The notes under the pieces: model-generated
What the model was told of the DNA's origin: nothing
Databases searched by the model: none
The model's input: only the letters and a program-made list of their open reading frames with translations
In this document: positions 1-11,384 of the stretch, in pieces
Layout: every line of letters begins with the position of its first letter
How positions within the stretch are numbered: the first letter of the stretch is position 1
Assembly: GCA_000002445.1 (NCBI GenBank)
Contig: AL929603.2
Location: 928,001 to 992,000, forward strand
Reading direction: 5' to 3'
Length of the DNA: 64,000 nt
Source of the DNA: Trypanosoma brucei
Lineage: Eukaryota
Made by a program: the position numbers and the translations under genes

Positions 1-96
1 TGAGCCACCAACTCAGAGTGGCGCAGCATCGCGCTTTCGTACCATAGAATTTTGTGGTGGATCGGGAATGTGCGTATACACGTACATGTACACGTA

Positions 97-101
97 CACA
101 T

Positions 102-140
<39 letters not shown>
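97..140. repeat. (TA)n / (CATA)n microsatellite
   Basis: Run of 'atatatatat...' preceded by 'tacacatacacataca', read directly from the sequence. Confidence 0.9.
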
Positions 141-143
<3 letters not shown>

Positions 144-857
144 GATGCTTGAGGCAAATGTAACTTAAGCTCAGCGTGCCTCGTGAGGGGTGATGGATGA
201 GGACTCGGATCGAACGAGAACATGCGTGACAATGGATAGAAGGGAAGGGAAGGGAAGAGAGGGAGAGAAGTCTCTGTCTGTGTCTGTGTGTGTGTGTATT
301 TGTGTGTTGTGCGGGATGGGGTACATAGAGACATTGTTTGTTTCCAATGTGCGCATAGAAATCGGTGTTGGCAGGATGAAATCATAGGAACAACGGCTAT
401 TTATTTGGCTCACTGTGTGCAAGGGGTGTGGAGAGAGAGAGAGTATGTTTGGGCAGGCAAGAAAGAAAAAAAAAAAACTGTCAGGCGCGTGTGTAAAAGG
501 GAGGTTAGGCGAAAGGTAAAGTATTCCAGTTATAGTGTGGCAACAGTATCAAGGCTGATCTCCCTCTATTTGCAGTACATACTGCTTTTTTGCTGCCTGA
601 TGTGTTAATTTTCACTAAGATGTGCTCTTCTTTCTATTTATTCGTCAATCTGGCGCCAATTCTTTTTCATCTTTCATCTTACGTTTGTTTGTTTTCTTGT
701 TTCTATTAACCCGCACTGATGAGGATACGGAAAGCATGTGGTCCCAACTTGCCTGCTTTGTGCGTCAACATTTTCTTCTTTGTTATCCATTTTTCATTTT
801 AATTTCCCTCTGTAAAGTGACATATTGACTAGTAAGGGATAACATCTCATCACAGGC

Positions 858-1376
858 ATGACTTCCGCGTACCGCATTCGTGACGCCGCCCCTGCTGACG
901 CTGGGATTATGGTTCGGATGCTCATGTCTCTGGCTTCCGAGACGGAAAACGTGGAGCTTGACGAGGGCGAAGTTCGCCGGGGCGTCACAACTCTGTTCGA
1001 GCAAGGGAGCCTCGGTCGACTTTATGTTGCCGAAGAGGTCCCGAAAGGTGACACGAACATCAAAGGGCCATCCGATGGCAACCGGTCCTCTCCACAAATT
1101 GTTGGAGTGATGACCGTAACTTATGAATGGTCCGATTGGCGCGGCAAACTGTTCCTTTGGATTCAATCCGTCTACATTATTCCTTCGAAGCGCAAACAGG
1201 GTATTTTTCAAAAGTTTTATGATCATTTAATACGCATCATGGCTGAGGACCCCAAATACTGCGGATTGCGTTTGGCCGTAAATAGTAAGAACGAAAAAGC
1301 AATCAGGGCGTACAAGCAAGTGGGAATGAAGAGGGAGAAATACCAGTTGATGGGTCGCATGAAAAGCAAATATTGA
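858..1376 (+). CDS. GNAT-family N-acetyltransferase (172 aa)
   Basis: 172-aa ORF. The C-terminal half shows the classic GNAT motif A and B region ('IPSKRKQGIFQKF...CGLRLAVNSKNEKAIRAYKQVGMKRE'). It is preceded by a pyrimidine-rich tract at 770-815 suitable for trans-splicing. Confidence 0.65.
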   Translation: MTSAYRIRDAAPADAGIMVRMLMSLASETENVELDEGEVRRGVTTLFEQGSLGRLYVAEEVPKGDTNIKGPSDGNRSSPQIVGVMTVTYEWSDWRGKLFLWIQSVYIIPSKRKQGIFQKFYDHLIRIMAEDPKYCGLRLAVNSKNEKAIRAYKQVGMKREKYQLMGRMKSKY

Positions 1377-1379
1377 AGG

Positions 1380-4300
1380 GGAACTGTGTTTATATGCTTA
1401 CCTATTTTTGTGTTTTTTTTTCTTTTTTTTTCTTTTTGATTACTGTGGAGAAAAGAGAAGTTTGAGAAGGAAAAGAGGGAGAAAAGAGAAGGGGAACACT
1501 AAGCACAAATGGAAAAAGAGCCGTGTCGGCATAAGATGAATTATGCATGCGTAAGTGTGCGACAGACTGGGGGTTTTACTTGGTGGAAACTCCTTGGCTG
1601 CGTTATGATTATTACTGTTATTATTTTATTTACTGTTCCCTTTCTATTTCTCCTCTTGTGACCGGTGAAGCTCACAACCGCCATGTTTCCTTGGGTATGT
1701 TGGTATTGGCGGGCTGCTTTTTTTTTTCTTTCCATGGTGCGGGTTCCTCGTTTTGTTTTGTTTTGTTTATGTTTATGTTTATGTTTGTTTGTTTGTTTTT
1801 CCATCTCTGCCGATAATTCCCTCCCTTTTCCCTTCCATTCGCGTTTTGTACTCCTTCCATTTACTTTTCCCTTTCTTCTTTCCTTTAGTTTTGCCTTTTT
1901 TTTTTGTTTGGTCAAACGCTAATGCTTTCACTCTTTTATGTAATTTTCTTTTGGTAATGATTCTACCGTGTACCGTATAAGCATAAGAAAAAATGAGGAA
2001 ATCAGCACCGCAGAAAATGATTTTTTTTTTTCAAAAAGAAAAGAACTATTTTCCTTCTTTCCTATATTTCTAGCTATATATATATATATATATATATTAG
2101 TGCTCATATTTGAATCCGTCATATAAATTGTACAGATACGAAAGAATTACAACGTGCCGCGCGCTGCCGTCCGCCCCCCTCCTTCCCCATAAACGTCGTT
2201 TTTTCCTTTACTTTTTTGTATCCGAAAATAATTAAAGAAAAAAAAGTAAAGAAAGCGAAGAGAAAAAGTAAATAAATGAAGTAAAAGAACGCTCAAATAC
2301 CGAAAAAGAAATACATGTATGGGTAAATGCATACACGTATTTCTTATGAGGTTGAAACGCGCTATTGCTCAATTTGCTCATTTTTTTTTGTTTGTTTCTT
2401 TTTTTACTTTTTTTTTCTTTTAATTGTTCTTCTCTCATTTTCCTGAAGTGATGTCAATTCATTTGACCCACTGAGAAACGTAAATATAAAAAAAAAAAAG
2501 GAAAAGAAGTGATTGAGAGGAGGGGACATGAAAAAAAAGCAAAAAGCAAAAAGCAAAAAGCGAAAAGCAAAAAAAAAAAAGAGGAGGAGGAGAAAATAAA
2601 AGTACGTTTTGTCATTTTTTCTTTTTTTTTTTCAACACCTGAGGGAGGGAGAGGGGGAGGGAGAAGCGCGTGGTAGTAATTAGTTGTAAGCGCATGTGCG
2701 TTATTTTGCATGTGTGTTCAAAGAAAGCAAATCGTTAAATAAATATGTGTGTGTGTGTGTGTTTTTTTTTTTTTTAAAAAGACGAATAAATTATAAATGC
2801 GCTTTGTTTGTGCCCCCGACCAGGCCTTCGCGGAGTTTTTATTTTCCTTTTTTCCTTTTCTTTTTTTCCTTTTTTGAGAGCAATTTAATTTGTTTTTAGA
2901 AGGAGAGGGAACTTTTTGTTACTCTTTTTTTTTTCCTTTTTCCTTTTTCCTTTCCATTACTGTTCACCTCCACAATTTTTTTTTATTTTTACTTTTACTT
3001 TTGTGATTACAATATAATAAAAATATTACTTTACTTTATTTTCCTTTCCTTTCCTTTCCTCTTGTTTTTTATTGTTTTTTTTTTGTCACTACTGACTTCG
3101 CGGTGACCTCAGCAAGAGAAAAGGAAATAAATACATTCTTATATACATATACATATATATACATATGTATACGTACGTATATGTATTTCCATTATCATTT
3201 TTTATCATCATAGTTAATTGCTTTCAAGTGGTGTAACTTTATGGGATAAAAAAATAAAATAAAAATATAAAAAAATGATAAATTTTTTATATATTAACGT
3301 TTATAAATAAATAAATAGATAAATGAATATAAATAAATATTAATATTTATTAATTTGTGTAGATTTGTATAAATTAACCCGAAATTGCTTGTAATAAAAA
3401 GGAGGGAAGTGAAGATGTGAGAAGAGGTGGAAAGAAGGAAGATGAAGAAGAAAAAAAAAAGAAAAAGAAAAAGAAAAAAAGGAAAAGGAAAAGGAGTGAA
3501 GGGAGCGAAAGGAGTTTATTTTCCTCTTGTTTTTTTTATTTTGATTGAAAATTTAACTTTTAATACAAATTTTAAATATTTTAAATATTTTAAATATTTT
3601 ATTCTCCTTTTTTCCCTTTTTCCTTTTTTAAAAAAAAAATACTATTAGTGTTTTAAGGGAAAATTTCTGATAGAAAAAAAGAGAAAAGAAGGACGCAAGT
3701 AAAAGTAAAACAAATCGAAAAGAGCGACGAGGAAGTGTTTATAAAAGGAGAGAAGACACAAAACTGAAGAAGTAAATTAGTAAGTTAGTAGCTTGAGAGA
3801 GTGGCGGGTTTCAATGAACGGTTCAAAGGGAGCAAAAAAAAAAAAGAAAAAATAAACAAACAAGCGAAAAACCAAAAAAAAAAAGGCGTAAAAAAAAAAA
3901 GTAAACTGAAAGGCAGCGAAAACAAAAGAAAAGAAAAAGAAAAAGAAGAGGGAAGGGGGAAGGGGGAAGGGAAGAGGAGGGGAGGGGGATTAAAAAACAA
4001 AAAAAAAATCCAAAATTAAAGCACAATAAAAAATAAACTATGCTTTAAGTTATTAACAACACAACTCTATGAAATTATATGCGTATATAACTTTTTCTTA
4101 TATGTTGTTCATTCACTTTGATCTGTGACTACTTTATAATTCTCTACATTTTTCACATTATTTTTTGAATCTTTTTTTTTCTTTCTTTCTTTCATTTTTT
4201 GTTTTTTCTTTAATTCTTTTCAGTCATACAAAAAGAAAAATTGGTTAATAAATATTTTTTTTTTTTAAAAAGAAAGAAAACACACAAAGGCGCTGTAGTG

Positions 4301-4700
4301 AAAAAGACGGAAGGTTTTTTTTTTTTAAAAAAAGAAGGTGGAGAAGGGGGGAGGGGCATTTCATCGGTGTAAGTTTTCGCAGCGGAAGGGAAGGGAAGAA
4401 AATTATTGTGTGTGTGTGTGTCTGTGGAATTTCAACCAGCAAATAAATAAATAAATAATAGTAATAAAAAAGTAATAAGGAGAAGATTATTTACTTATTT
4501 ATTAATATACTATTATTACTACCGTTATTATTACCGTTACCACAATAGAAGTAACACCAACACCAACAGCAACGGCGTCAAAACAGCAAAACAGATATAT
4601 AAATATATAGAAGCAAAACTTTTCAAAAAATAATATAACAATATATATATATATATATAAAGGAATAAAAAGGGGTCGGGGAATAAAAAAAGAAAGAGAA
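1380..4700. repeat. Gene-free low-complexity interval with alternating polypyrimidine and polypurine tracts and microsatellites
   Basis: Only short low-complexity ORFs (F/L/S-rich or K/E-rich translations of homopolymer runs). It contains many A/T homopolymers, (TA)n at 2070-2098, (GT)n at 2745-2760 and 4412-4428, (GGAA) and purine blocks at 3400-3500 and 3800-4000. Confidence 0.8.
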
Positions 4701-4706
4701 GGGGCC

Positions 4707-5594
4707 ATGAAGGGTGCCGTGCCATCCACATGGGCGTCGCTTGCATCCGTATGGAAGAAAACAGTAGGAGAATTTGAACTGTCAACTCTTCTCATGGCGC
4801 AGGCGGTTGCGATGTTGGCACTTTATAAAGTAACTAATGGATTTCAAATGCCATTCCGCTCCCTCTTCTTTTTCATACTTGTGATTTATGTCATTTTACT
4901 CGCCCTGCACCTCGTCGGCGCTGTTCCCCTCCTTTTCGAGGTTTATGACATTATTGTACGGAATTATACCTCAACACAAGAGGGCGACAGTATGATTCAC
5001 CTTTGCAGGGATCTTCATGAGCTGGCTGAAACGGAGCGTGCGCGTGTGATGTTTGTTCTCACTCTTGTGTATGTTTTCCTTCAATCTTTTTGTCTACCGG
5101 GATCTGCACTCATCAACGCGGCGATTGGTGCCGTCATTGGCCTTCCATTAGGTGTGCCGTATTGTGTTTTAATGGGTACTGCTGGAGCCTCCAGTTGTTA
5201 CACAATTTCTCACATTATTGCGGGGAGATGTAATGGTCATAACAACCGTCTCGTGCAGAAACTCCGCAAACAAGTGGAGGAGCGAACTCCTAGTGATTTA
5301 TTTGCTTATTTTCTGTTGCTCCGACTTACGCCCGTCGTGCCAAATTGGCTACTTAACATGGCTTCCCCCGTTGCAGGCGTGCCGTTACCGACTTATGCTG
5401 CCGGTACGCTTATTGGAATTATTCCACAAACGTACATTTCTGTGAGATTTGGAGAGGCAGCACTCACTACGCTGTCAGGTGAGGAATTAATGATGACACC
5501 TTGGGATATGATGTGGATTGGAATTCTCTGCATTGTTGTGTTTGCCGGATGTATGCTCAAGAGACGTTATGGGAAAGTGGATTGCAACACGTAA
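4707..5594 (+). CDS. TVP38/TMEM64 (DedA / 'SNARE-associated Golgi protein') family multipass membrane protein
   Basis: 295-aa ORF with several hydrophobic segments. It carries the DedA-family signature 'LLLRLTPVVPNWLLNMASPVAGVPLPTYAAGTLIGIIPQTYISVRFG' (R-L-x-P...P-x-x-x-x-N...G...F...T-x-IG-x-xP). Confidence 0.7.
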   Translation: MKGAVPSTWASLASVWKKTVGEFELSTLLMAQAVAMLALYKVTNGFQMPFRSLFFFILVIYVILLALHLVGAVPLLFEVYDIIVRNYTSTQEGDSMIHLCRDLHELAETERARVMFVLTLVYVFLQSFCLPGSALINAAIGAVIGLPLGVPYCVLMGTAGASSCYTISHIIAGRCNGHNNRLVQKLRKQVEERTPSDLFAYFLLLRLTPVVPNWLLNMASPVAGVPLPTYAAGTLIGIIPQTYISVRFGEAALTTLSGEELMMTPWDMMWIGILCIVVFAGCMLKRRYGKVDCNT

Positions 5595-6354
5595 TGGAGA
5601 GTGTGGAGCAGTAAATGTGAGAAGTACCATACGACACGATACGGTACCATACCATGCTGTGCCCTGCCATGTGATATAATTTAAGCATTAGTGTTGTTGT
5701 TGTTTTTGTTACTGTTGTTATTGGTGGGAGAAAAGAAAGATTGCATAGAAGGTTGGATGTGGTGTGAAGGGGAGGGGAGAAAAGAAGAATGGAATGAGAG
5801 GGAGTGGAATTGAAGTTAAAACACTCACACACAAAAGCAAGGGCCGTGTGCGTGTATGTGTGATGGAAGACTGGGAGACAGAAAAGGGTAATGAAGAAGC
5901 AATAGAAGGGAGTGAAATGTTTCGCGAGTTGCAAAAGTTTAAGACGGTCGCGGCTCCACAGAAGTGTTTTGTGAAGTCGCATATTTGCTTCTCGCCTCTC
6001 CTGTTTTTGCTTTTATATCCTTCGGTATGTTGGAAGGTATTTATCCCATTATTTTATTTTTCATTGTTGCTATTATTGTCGTTGCATTGGCGTATTTAAT
6101 CCATTTCTCTCCGTGTATCCTCCTCTTCCTCTTCCCCTTTCCCTTCCTCATTTCATTTCATTTCCCTTCCTTTTCTGTTTCGCTTTCTTTTTTCTTAGCA
6201 TCTTTTGTTTGTTTGTTTGTTGCGGTTGTTTAACGTTTCTCCCCCCCTTTTTCACGAATTGCGAGGGCCACTTGACCCCTTAAACTTGCTACTTGTACTG
6301 GTGTTGCTGTTTCCACGCAACTTCTCCTTCTTACTCCTTTCCTCTTCCCCTGTT

Positions 6355-6392
6355 TCATTTCATTTCATTTCATTTCATTTCATTTGATTGAC
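6355..6392. repeat. (CATTT)n microsatellite
   Basis: 'catttcatttcatttcatttcatttcattt' read directly. Confidence 0.9.
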
Positions 6393-6735
6393 TGATTAAT
6401 ATATTAGCGTGCATATTTGTACACGTATTTGCATTGAAAAATATTATTGCAGTGGCAATTATAGTAATTGAGGGCGAGACGTACAAGCGCAAATATTATA
6501 CATAAATAACAGACAAAAAAGTAAATACAAGAACTATACGTACATATATATATATATATATATATATATCCCTAGTTTAGTTGAATTCTCGATTCTGCTC
6601 GCCGTCGCAGGCTATTTTGTAGTTTTTTTAAAAAAAAACCCTTTCCCCCCTTACATCTTTCCGCGCATAACGACGCGAGATCAGCCGCTGAGGCACTCCC
6701 CATCACTGCCGCCACCGCGGCTGAATGGTGGTGGA

Positions 6736-9138
6736 GTGAGTTCCCTTCCATCATTGGTAAATCGTTCGGTCGCTCATTCCGGCACCAGTGCCGTGAGTCC
6801 CATTTCAAACCAACAGCTCCCGCACCAACGGGGCCCAACCGTTTCGGAGTTGTTGCAGACCGTAGCAACTCAAAAGCAAGAAATAGAGAGACTTACGGAT
6901 AGTGTCAATGCTGTTCAGCGTAACTTTGAGCGGCTGAGTGAGATGTACAGCGGGGATCGTGCGGAGTTGCAGAGGTTGCGTGCGCGTGAGGCTGAGTTAG
7001 AAGAGGAGCGAAAAGCCTTGGCGGCCATGCGTGCAGAACTTGAGTCTCGTATTGGTGGGAGGATGAATGAGATTCATGAGATGGAGGAGAAGGTGAAGGG
7101 TATGTGGGAATTAGAGGATGTGAACGCAAAACTACGGGAAGAGTTGGACGAGCTTCGGGAGGTTCATGAGCAACAATGTGAGAAGGCAGAGGAAAAGCTG
7201 CGGAACGCAATGTGGGAGTTGACTGAGACGCAGCGCAAGGTGCAGAAGTTCGCCATGGAGGTACGCAACCGTTCAAATTCCATCAGTATATGCATTGACT
7301 CCAAACCCTCCGCTTCCGGGGCCAGTGGAGGTGATGGAAAGAGCTCGGATGGAAAGGCGAGTGGTAGTGACCCAAGTGGGCAACAGAGCGGATTTTCAAT
7401 AGAAGCGGAGCTGTGCGAGGCGTGGAATTGTGTAGACAAGTTATGTGTTGCTTGTTTAGAGGCACGTGTGGCATTGGAGGCTAAGCAGCAGCGTCGGGTG
7501 GCGTCGGCGGAAGGGAGGGCCGCAACTAAAGTCAATGCGGTAATGGAATTGCTGCCGGCGCTTATGGCAGAGCTGGAAGACGCCCGTCGACAGACGCTTA
7601 GTGAAGGGGAGCGCATGGAACGTCAGGCTATTTGCGGGAGTTGGGGCGATATGTCAGCGAGGGCAGTGGAGAACTGCCGCTTGTCTCATGAAAGGTTAGC
7701 AGCGGAGGAGGGGCGATATCGCATTGCATTTGAATGTTCTGAGTGGCAGGAGCGCTGCCAGATCTGCGAAGCGGCAGCTATGTCATCCTTTCGTTACTTG
7801 GCGGGTGCTCAGGATCAATTGAAGGCAACTCGTATCGCTGACGACGCTCAGCAGAAACAGCACGACATGGAGCTGAATCGACTCCGCGCGCAGATGAAAG
7901 AGGCAGAAGATATGTGGAACCGTGAGGTAAACGCGCGTCAGCGTGCACATGAGTGTGCTTTACTTGAGCAACAGAAGTGGCACGACTTGGCGATGAGGGA
8001 GGCACAAAATCGTCTCATGAAGGAATGGGAGGCCGAGAAGGAATCCTTTCAACAGCGTATAAATGCCTTAGATGAGGAAAGGTCTCACCATGCATTTTCC
8101 GTACTTTCTGAGGCGCAAAAGCGCGAGGAAGAGCTGCGCAAGGCTGCTGTGGAAATGCGTGAGGCGTTTGAAAAAAGTATTGCTGCGGCTTTGGAAACTA
8201 GTAGCGCAATGCTCGAACGTTACGAGTTTGAGACACGAGCAGGGCTCCTCAAGCTAGAACATGCGGAGCGCAGTATGTTGCGTGATCAGGAGCGTGAGGA
8301 TCGCGAGTCCAAGTGCACATCCACTCAGCACCTTAACATCCACCGAACAACGATAGAATTTTCGGCGGATATCCTGAATGCTGCCGCGGATTTCCGGTTA
8401 GACTTTCCATCAATGATGCTAGAGAGGACGAAAATTGTTGTGGACAATATGAAAGTCCTGCACGATCAGCGACTACGTGAGGTGCGGCGCCGGTATGACA
8501 ACGAGATGCGTGTTGCCGCTTCTGTGCCGCGAGAGCTTGCGAAGAAGCTTGAGCAGGAGTTAGAGGAAACAAAATGTTCCCTGCGGCAGGCTGCGGCAAC
8601 GAGTGAGCATTGTGAGGATGAGAATCGGCGGCTGACTGAGCAAATTCGCTCTCTACAGACGCAATTTGATGAACGGCCAGTCGCGCAAGAGATCCGTGTG
8701 GATGTGAAGAATTCCCTCTTGACAGCCATGCATCGTCTCATTGTAGCAGAGGAGGCAACTGAGTGTATTTTCTCCTGTGGGTTATGCATGCAGCCGCTGA
8801 AATCCCCACTTACATGTGTGCCATGCGGTCACACGTTCTGTGAAGAGTGCCTGTTGAAGCACCCTCGCAACATTACTAGCCTGCAAGCTGCGTCACAAAT
8901 GGATAGCAACAAGAGGGCACATCTCAAGGCTGGAAGTCCATTAGATGACAGCATGCCCGGAAATAAGTCCCGCAACCCCGTGCCATTAATTGTGCGGTAC
9001 TGCCCAGATTGTGCGCCCATGAACTGCAGCTCCGCTGTGCGTGTTCAGGTTCTAGACTCCCTCTCTGGAAATCTCCGGTACCGAAAGGGGGATATTGGTT
9101 TCTTACGGTCTGTCATGGCGGAAGTAGAGAAGTCGTGA
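6736..9138 (+). CDS. Coiled-coil protein with C-terminal C3HC4 RING finger (putative E3 ubiquitin ligase)
   Basis: 800-aa ORF. A long charged E/R/L/A heptad-rich central region suggests coiled coil. The C-terminus has 'CGLCMQPLKSPLTCVPCGHTFCEECLLKH' (C-x2-C-x11-C-x-H-x2-C-x2-C), with the final Cys pair ~50 residues later ('CPDCAP'). Confidence 0.7.
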   Translation: MSSLPSLVNRSVAHSGTSAVSPISNQQLPHQRGPTVSELLQTVATQKQEIERLTDSVNAVQRNFERLSEMYSGDRAELQRLRAREAELEEERKALAAMRAELESRIGGRMNEIHEMEEKVKGMWELEDVNAKLREELDELREVHEQQCEKAEEKLRNAMWELTETQRKVQKFAMEVRNRSNSISICIDSKPSASGASGGDGKSSDGKASGSDPSGQQSGFSIEAELCEAWNCVDKLCVACLEARVALEAKQQRRVASAEGRAATKVNAVMELLPALMAELEDARRQTLSEGERMERQAICGSWGDMSARAVENCRLSHERLAAEEGRYRIAFECSEWQERCQICEAAAMSSFRYLAGAQDQLKATRIADDAQQKQHDMELNRLRAQMKEAEDMWNREVNARQRAHECALLEQQKWHDLAMREAQNRLMKEWEAEKESFQQRINALDEERSHHAFSVLSEAQKREEELRKAAVEMREAFEKSIAAALETSSAMLERYEFETRAGLLKLEHAERSMLRDQEREDRESKCTSTQHLNIHRTTIEFSADILNAAADFRLDFPSMMLERTKIVVDNMKVLHDQRLREVRRRYDNEMRVAASVPRELAKKLEQELEETKCSLRQAAATSEHCEDENRRLTEQIRSLQTQFDERPVAQEIRVDVKNSLLTAMHRLIVAEEATECIFSCGLCMQPLKSPLTCVPCGHTFCEECLLKHPRNITSLQAASQMDSNKRAHLKAGSPLDDSMPGNKSRNPVPLIVRYCPDCAPMNCSSAVRVQVLDSLSGNLRYRKGDIGFLRSVMAEVEKS

Positions 9139-11175
9139 TGGATGTGTTCAAATAATGATAATGATAATAGTAACAATGGTAATAGTAATAAAAATATTGT
9201 TATGATTACAATTATGATGCTTATAGGTGAATATAGTTTATGTATATATACACACGTCTGGCGTCTATTTACTGTCCAAAAGGTATTAGACATTGGAACC
9301 TGAAGGTGCGTTCGTAGTTTCATTTTTTTTCTCTTTCGTTTTTTGTTTTGTTTTTGTTCTACTCCTTGCTTTTACCTTCTCAGTTTTTACCTCTATACAT
9401 CATTTTCATGATATATGTATATTTATTTATGTCCTTGTGAAAGAAAAAATGAGCGACCAACTTCCACGACATCAACGAAGAACTAGGAGTGGAGGTAAAG
9501 GATAAATGGGGATAAATGTATTCCTTCCTCTTGTATATTATATTATTTTTGTTATTATTGTGTGCTGTATTAATCAGTGAAAGCTGCAGTTATTTGGTGC
9601 TAACAACGGTGGAGACAAAGACTTTCGCGTCGATGTGACCCGCAGGATTGAGGAAAGGACCAATAAGCGAGGATCAATAAAGGGGGAAAATAAAGGCGAT
9701 AAGCGGATCATCTCTTTTTTTTTTTCTTAAGGTCATTGCTATCATTTCTTTATGGGGAATCACTCACAACTGTAAATGTAATCGCGTACAAGTAATTGCA
9801 TTAGTTCATATACCTTTGTTTTTTTCTATACTTAACGTGTGCAGTAATGCACACATCTGTGCGGACTGACGTTTCTCCGTGGGTAACCGAATTACGGAAG
9901 GCAATTCAAATAAATGAGGGAGTTGGACTCTTTGGAGTTTGCTACACGGTGCCTGTTTGCTTTTTTATTCCTTTTTAACTTAGTGATGCTAATTAGTGTA
10001 CAAGTCACGAAGGAAAGTAAAATGCAGCCGGCACATATGGATATTATATATATATATATATATATATTCATATTACTTTATACGTCTTAATATATGATTG
10101 TTCTTTACTTTCCAGAAGTTGGGTGATCCAAAATGGGAGTGTGTTCACAAAAGGGGGGGGGGAAAAACGTAGTTCCAGAAGAGGAACAGCACAACTCATC
10201 TCATCAGGTCGGTAGGAAGAGGGTTTGCGTATATTATATATATATATATATAAATGTTTATTTCCATACACAAATGTTCTAATATATGTAAATAAATATA
10301 TTTATGTGTGTACACCTGTACAGATAATTGAGTTCTCCCACTCTGGCCGGACATCATTTTTGTTCCACAACTACACTACAGTTTTGTTCATATTCTTTCT
10401 ATTTGCAAAGGATAGTCGATCCAATATAGAATCAGTTGAATTATAGCTTATAAAGTCTAAATTTGCGTTCCCTGCTACACTTACCGTTTAGGACGACGGT
10501 AGTGCATGTGAAGAGACAAGTGTGTGTGTAAGAAAAGTACAACAATTTAAGCATCTGTGAAACAAATAGGAACCCGTCCTGGTTGTCCATCTACCATTGA
10601 AAAATTGGAATGACACATTTACAACAATTCACAAAGAAATCATCAACGCCTCACACCAGCAAAGAGTCAACATATAAGAACACAACAATTATATCAACTA
10701 GGGACAAGCTACCTTAAAAAAATTAAGAAAATAACGGAAGAGGGAAAAAAGCACAGCAACGCCGGACGAAAATTAATTTAAACAAGACAAAAAAGTTAAA
10801 GCAAGTCAACCATTCTTCACAGCAACTGTTAACGCGAAATAATATATTTCCAAAAAAAAAAGAAATCCAAAAAGCGCAAAAGAGAGTAAAAGAATATTAA
10901 AGATGTGCCATCACAACGATAACTACAAAAAAAAGATCGAAAGTACGAATTTGCTTTGCACTGTCGATTCGTTTCTATGACGGTATGCTTTATGTTATCA
11001 TTGCTGTGCAGCAGATCTTATGACAAGTGTTTATTGTAATTGTGGTGTTGTGTGATGCAGCGGTAGATTGGACGTGTGTGTACACTTGCAGCAGTGCCTC
11101 GCACAAATCGTATCTCCTCCCGGGACTTGTGCATGCAAGTTCCCCAATTTTTAACCCGTGGCCTTGTCACCCGTT

Positions 11176-11262
11176 ACGCTGTGTCTGCTTTTCGTTTGTT
11201 TTGTCTCTTTCTCCCAAATTCCTTTTTGCTTCTACCTTCTGTTTATTGATGCGTGTGATAGT
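11176..11262 (+). promoter_or_regulatory. Polypyrimidine tract / probable spliced-leader trans-splice acceptor region upstream of array copy 1 (the same element recurs in every unit)
   Basis: A long C/T-rich run ('ctgtgtctgcttttcgtttgttttgtctctttctcccaaattcctttttgcttctaccttctgtttattg') followed by AG dinucleotides ~120 nt upstream of the ATG. This is the standard kinetoplastid mRNA processing signal. The exact acceptor site cannot be determined from sequence. Confidence 0.4.
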
Positions 11263-11384
11263 GTTTTCCGCTATCGGGACCAGAAGACCATAAGCAAGGT
11301 AACATCTGAGGCCAACCCAATTGCCATCATTTTCTTTGTCGTGAATTGTGAAGCAAACCTTTACCAAGCGTTATTTGAATAGCG

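Noticed and set aside
171-828. ORFs of 60-106 aa at the 5' edge of the window
   Set aside because: They are translations of (GT)n, (GA)n and poly-A runs and give low-complexity peptides. Their orientation conflicts, and they have no start context.
10440-10990. Purine-rich (A/G) stretch on the + strand just upstream of the tandem array
   Set aside because: It is unusual relative to the pyrimidine-rich norm for the coding strand. It has no repeat structure or ORF. It is most simply the 3' UTR of the upstream RING-protein mRNA.
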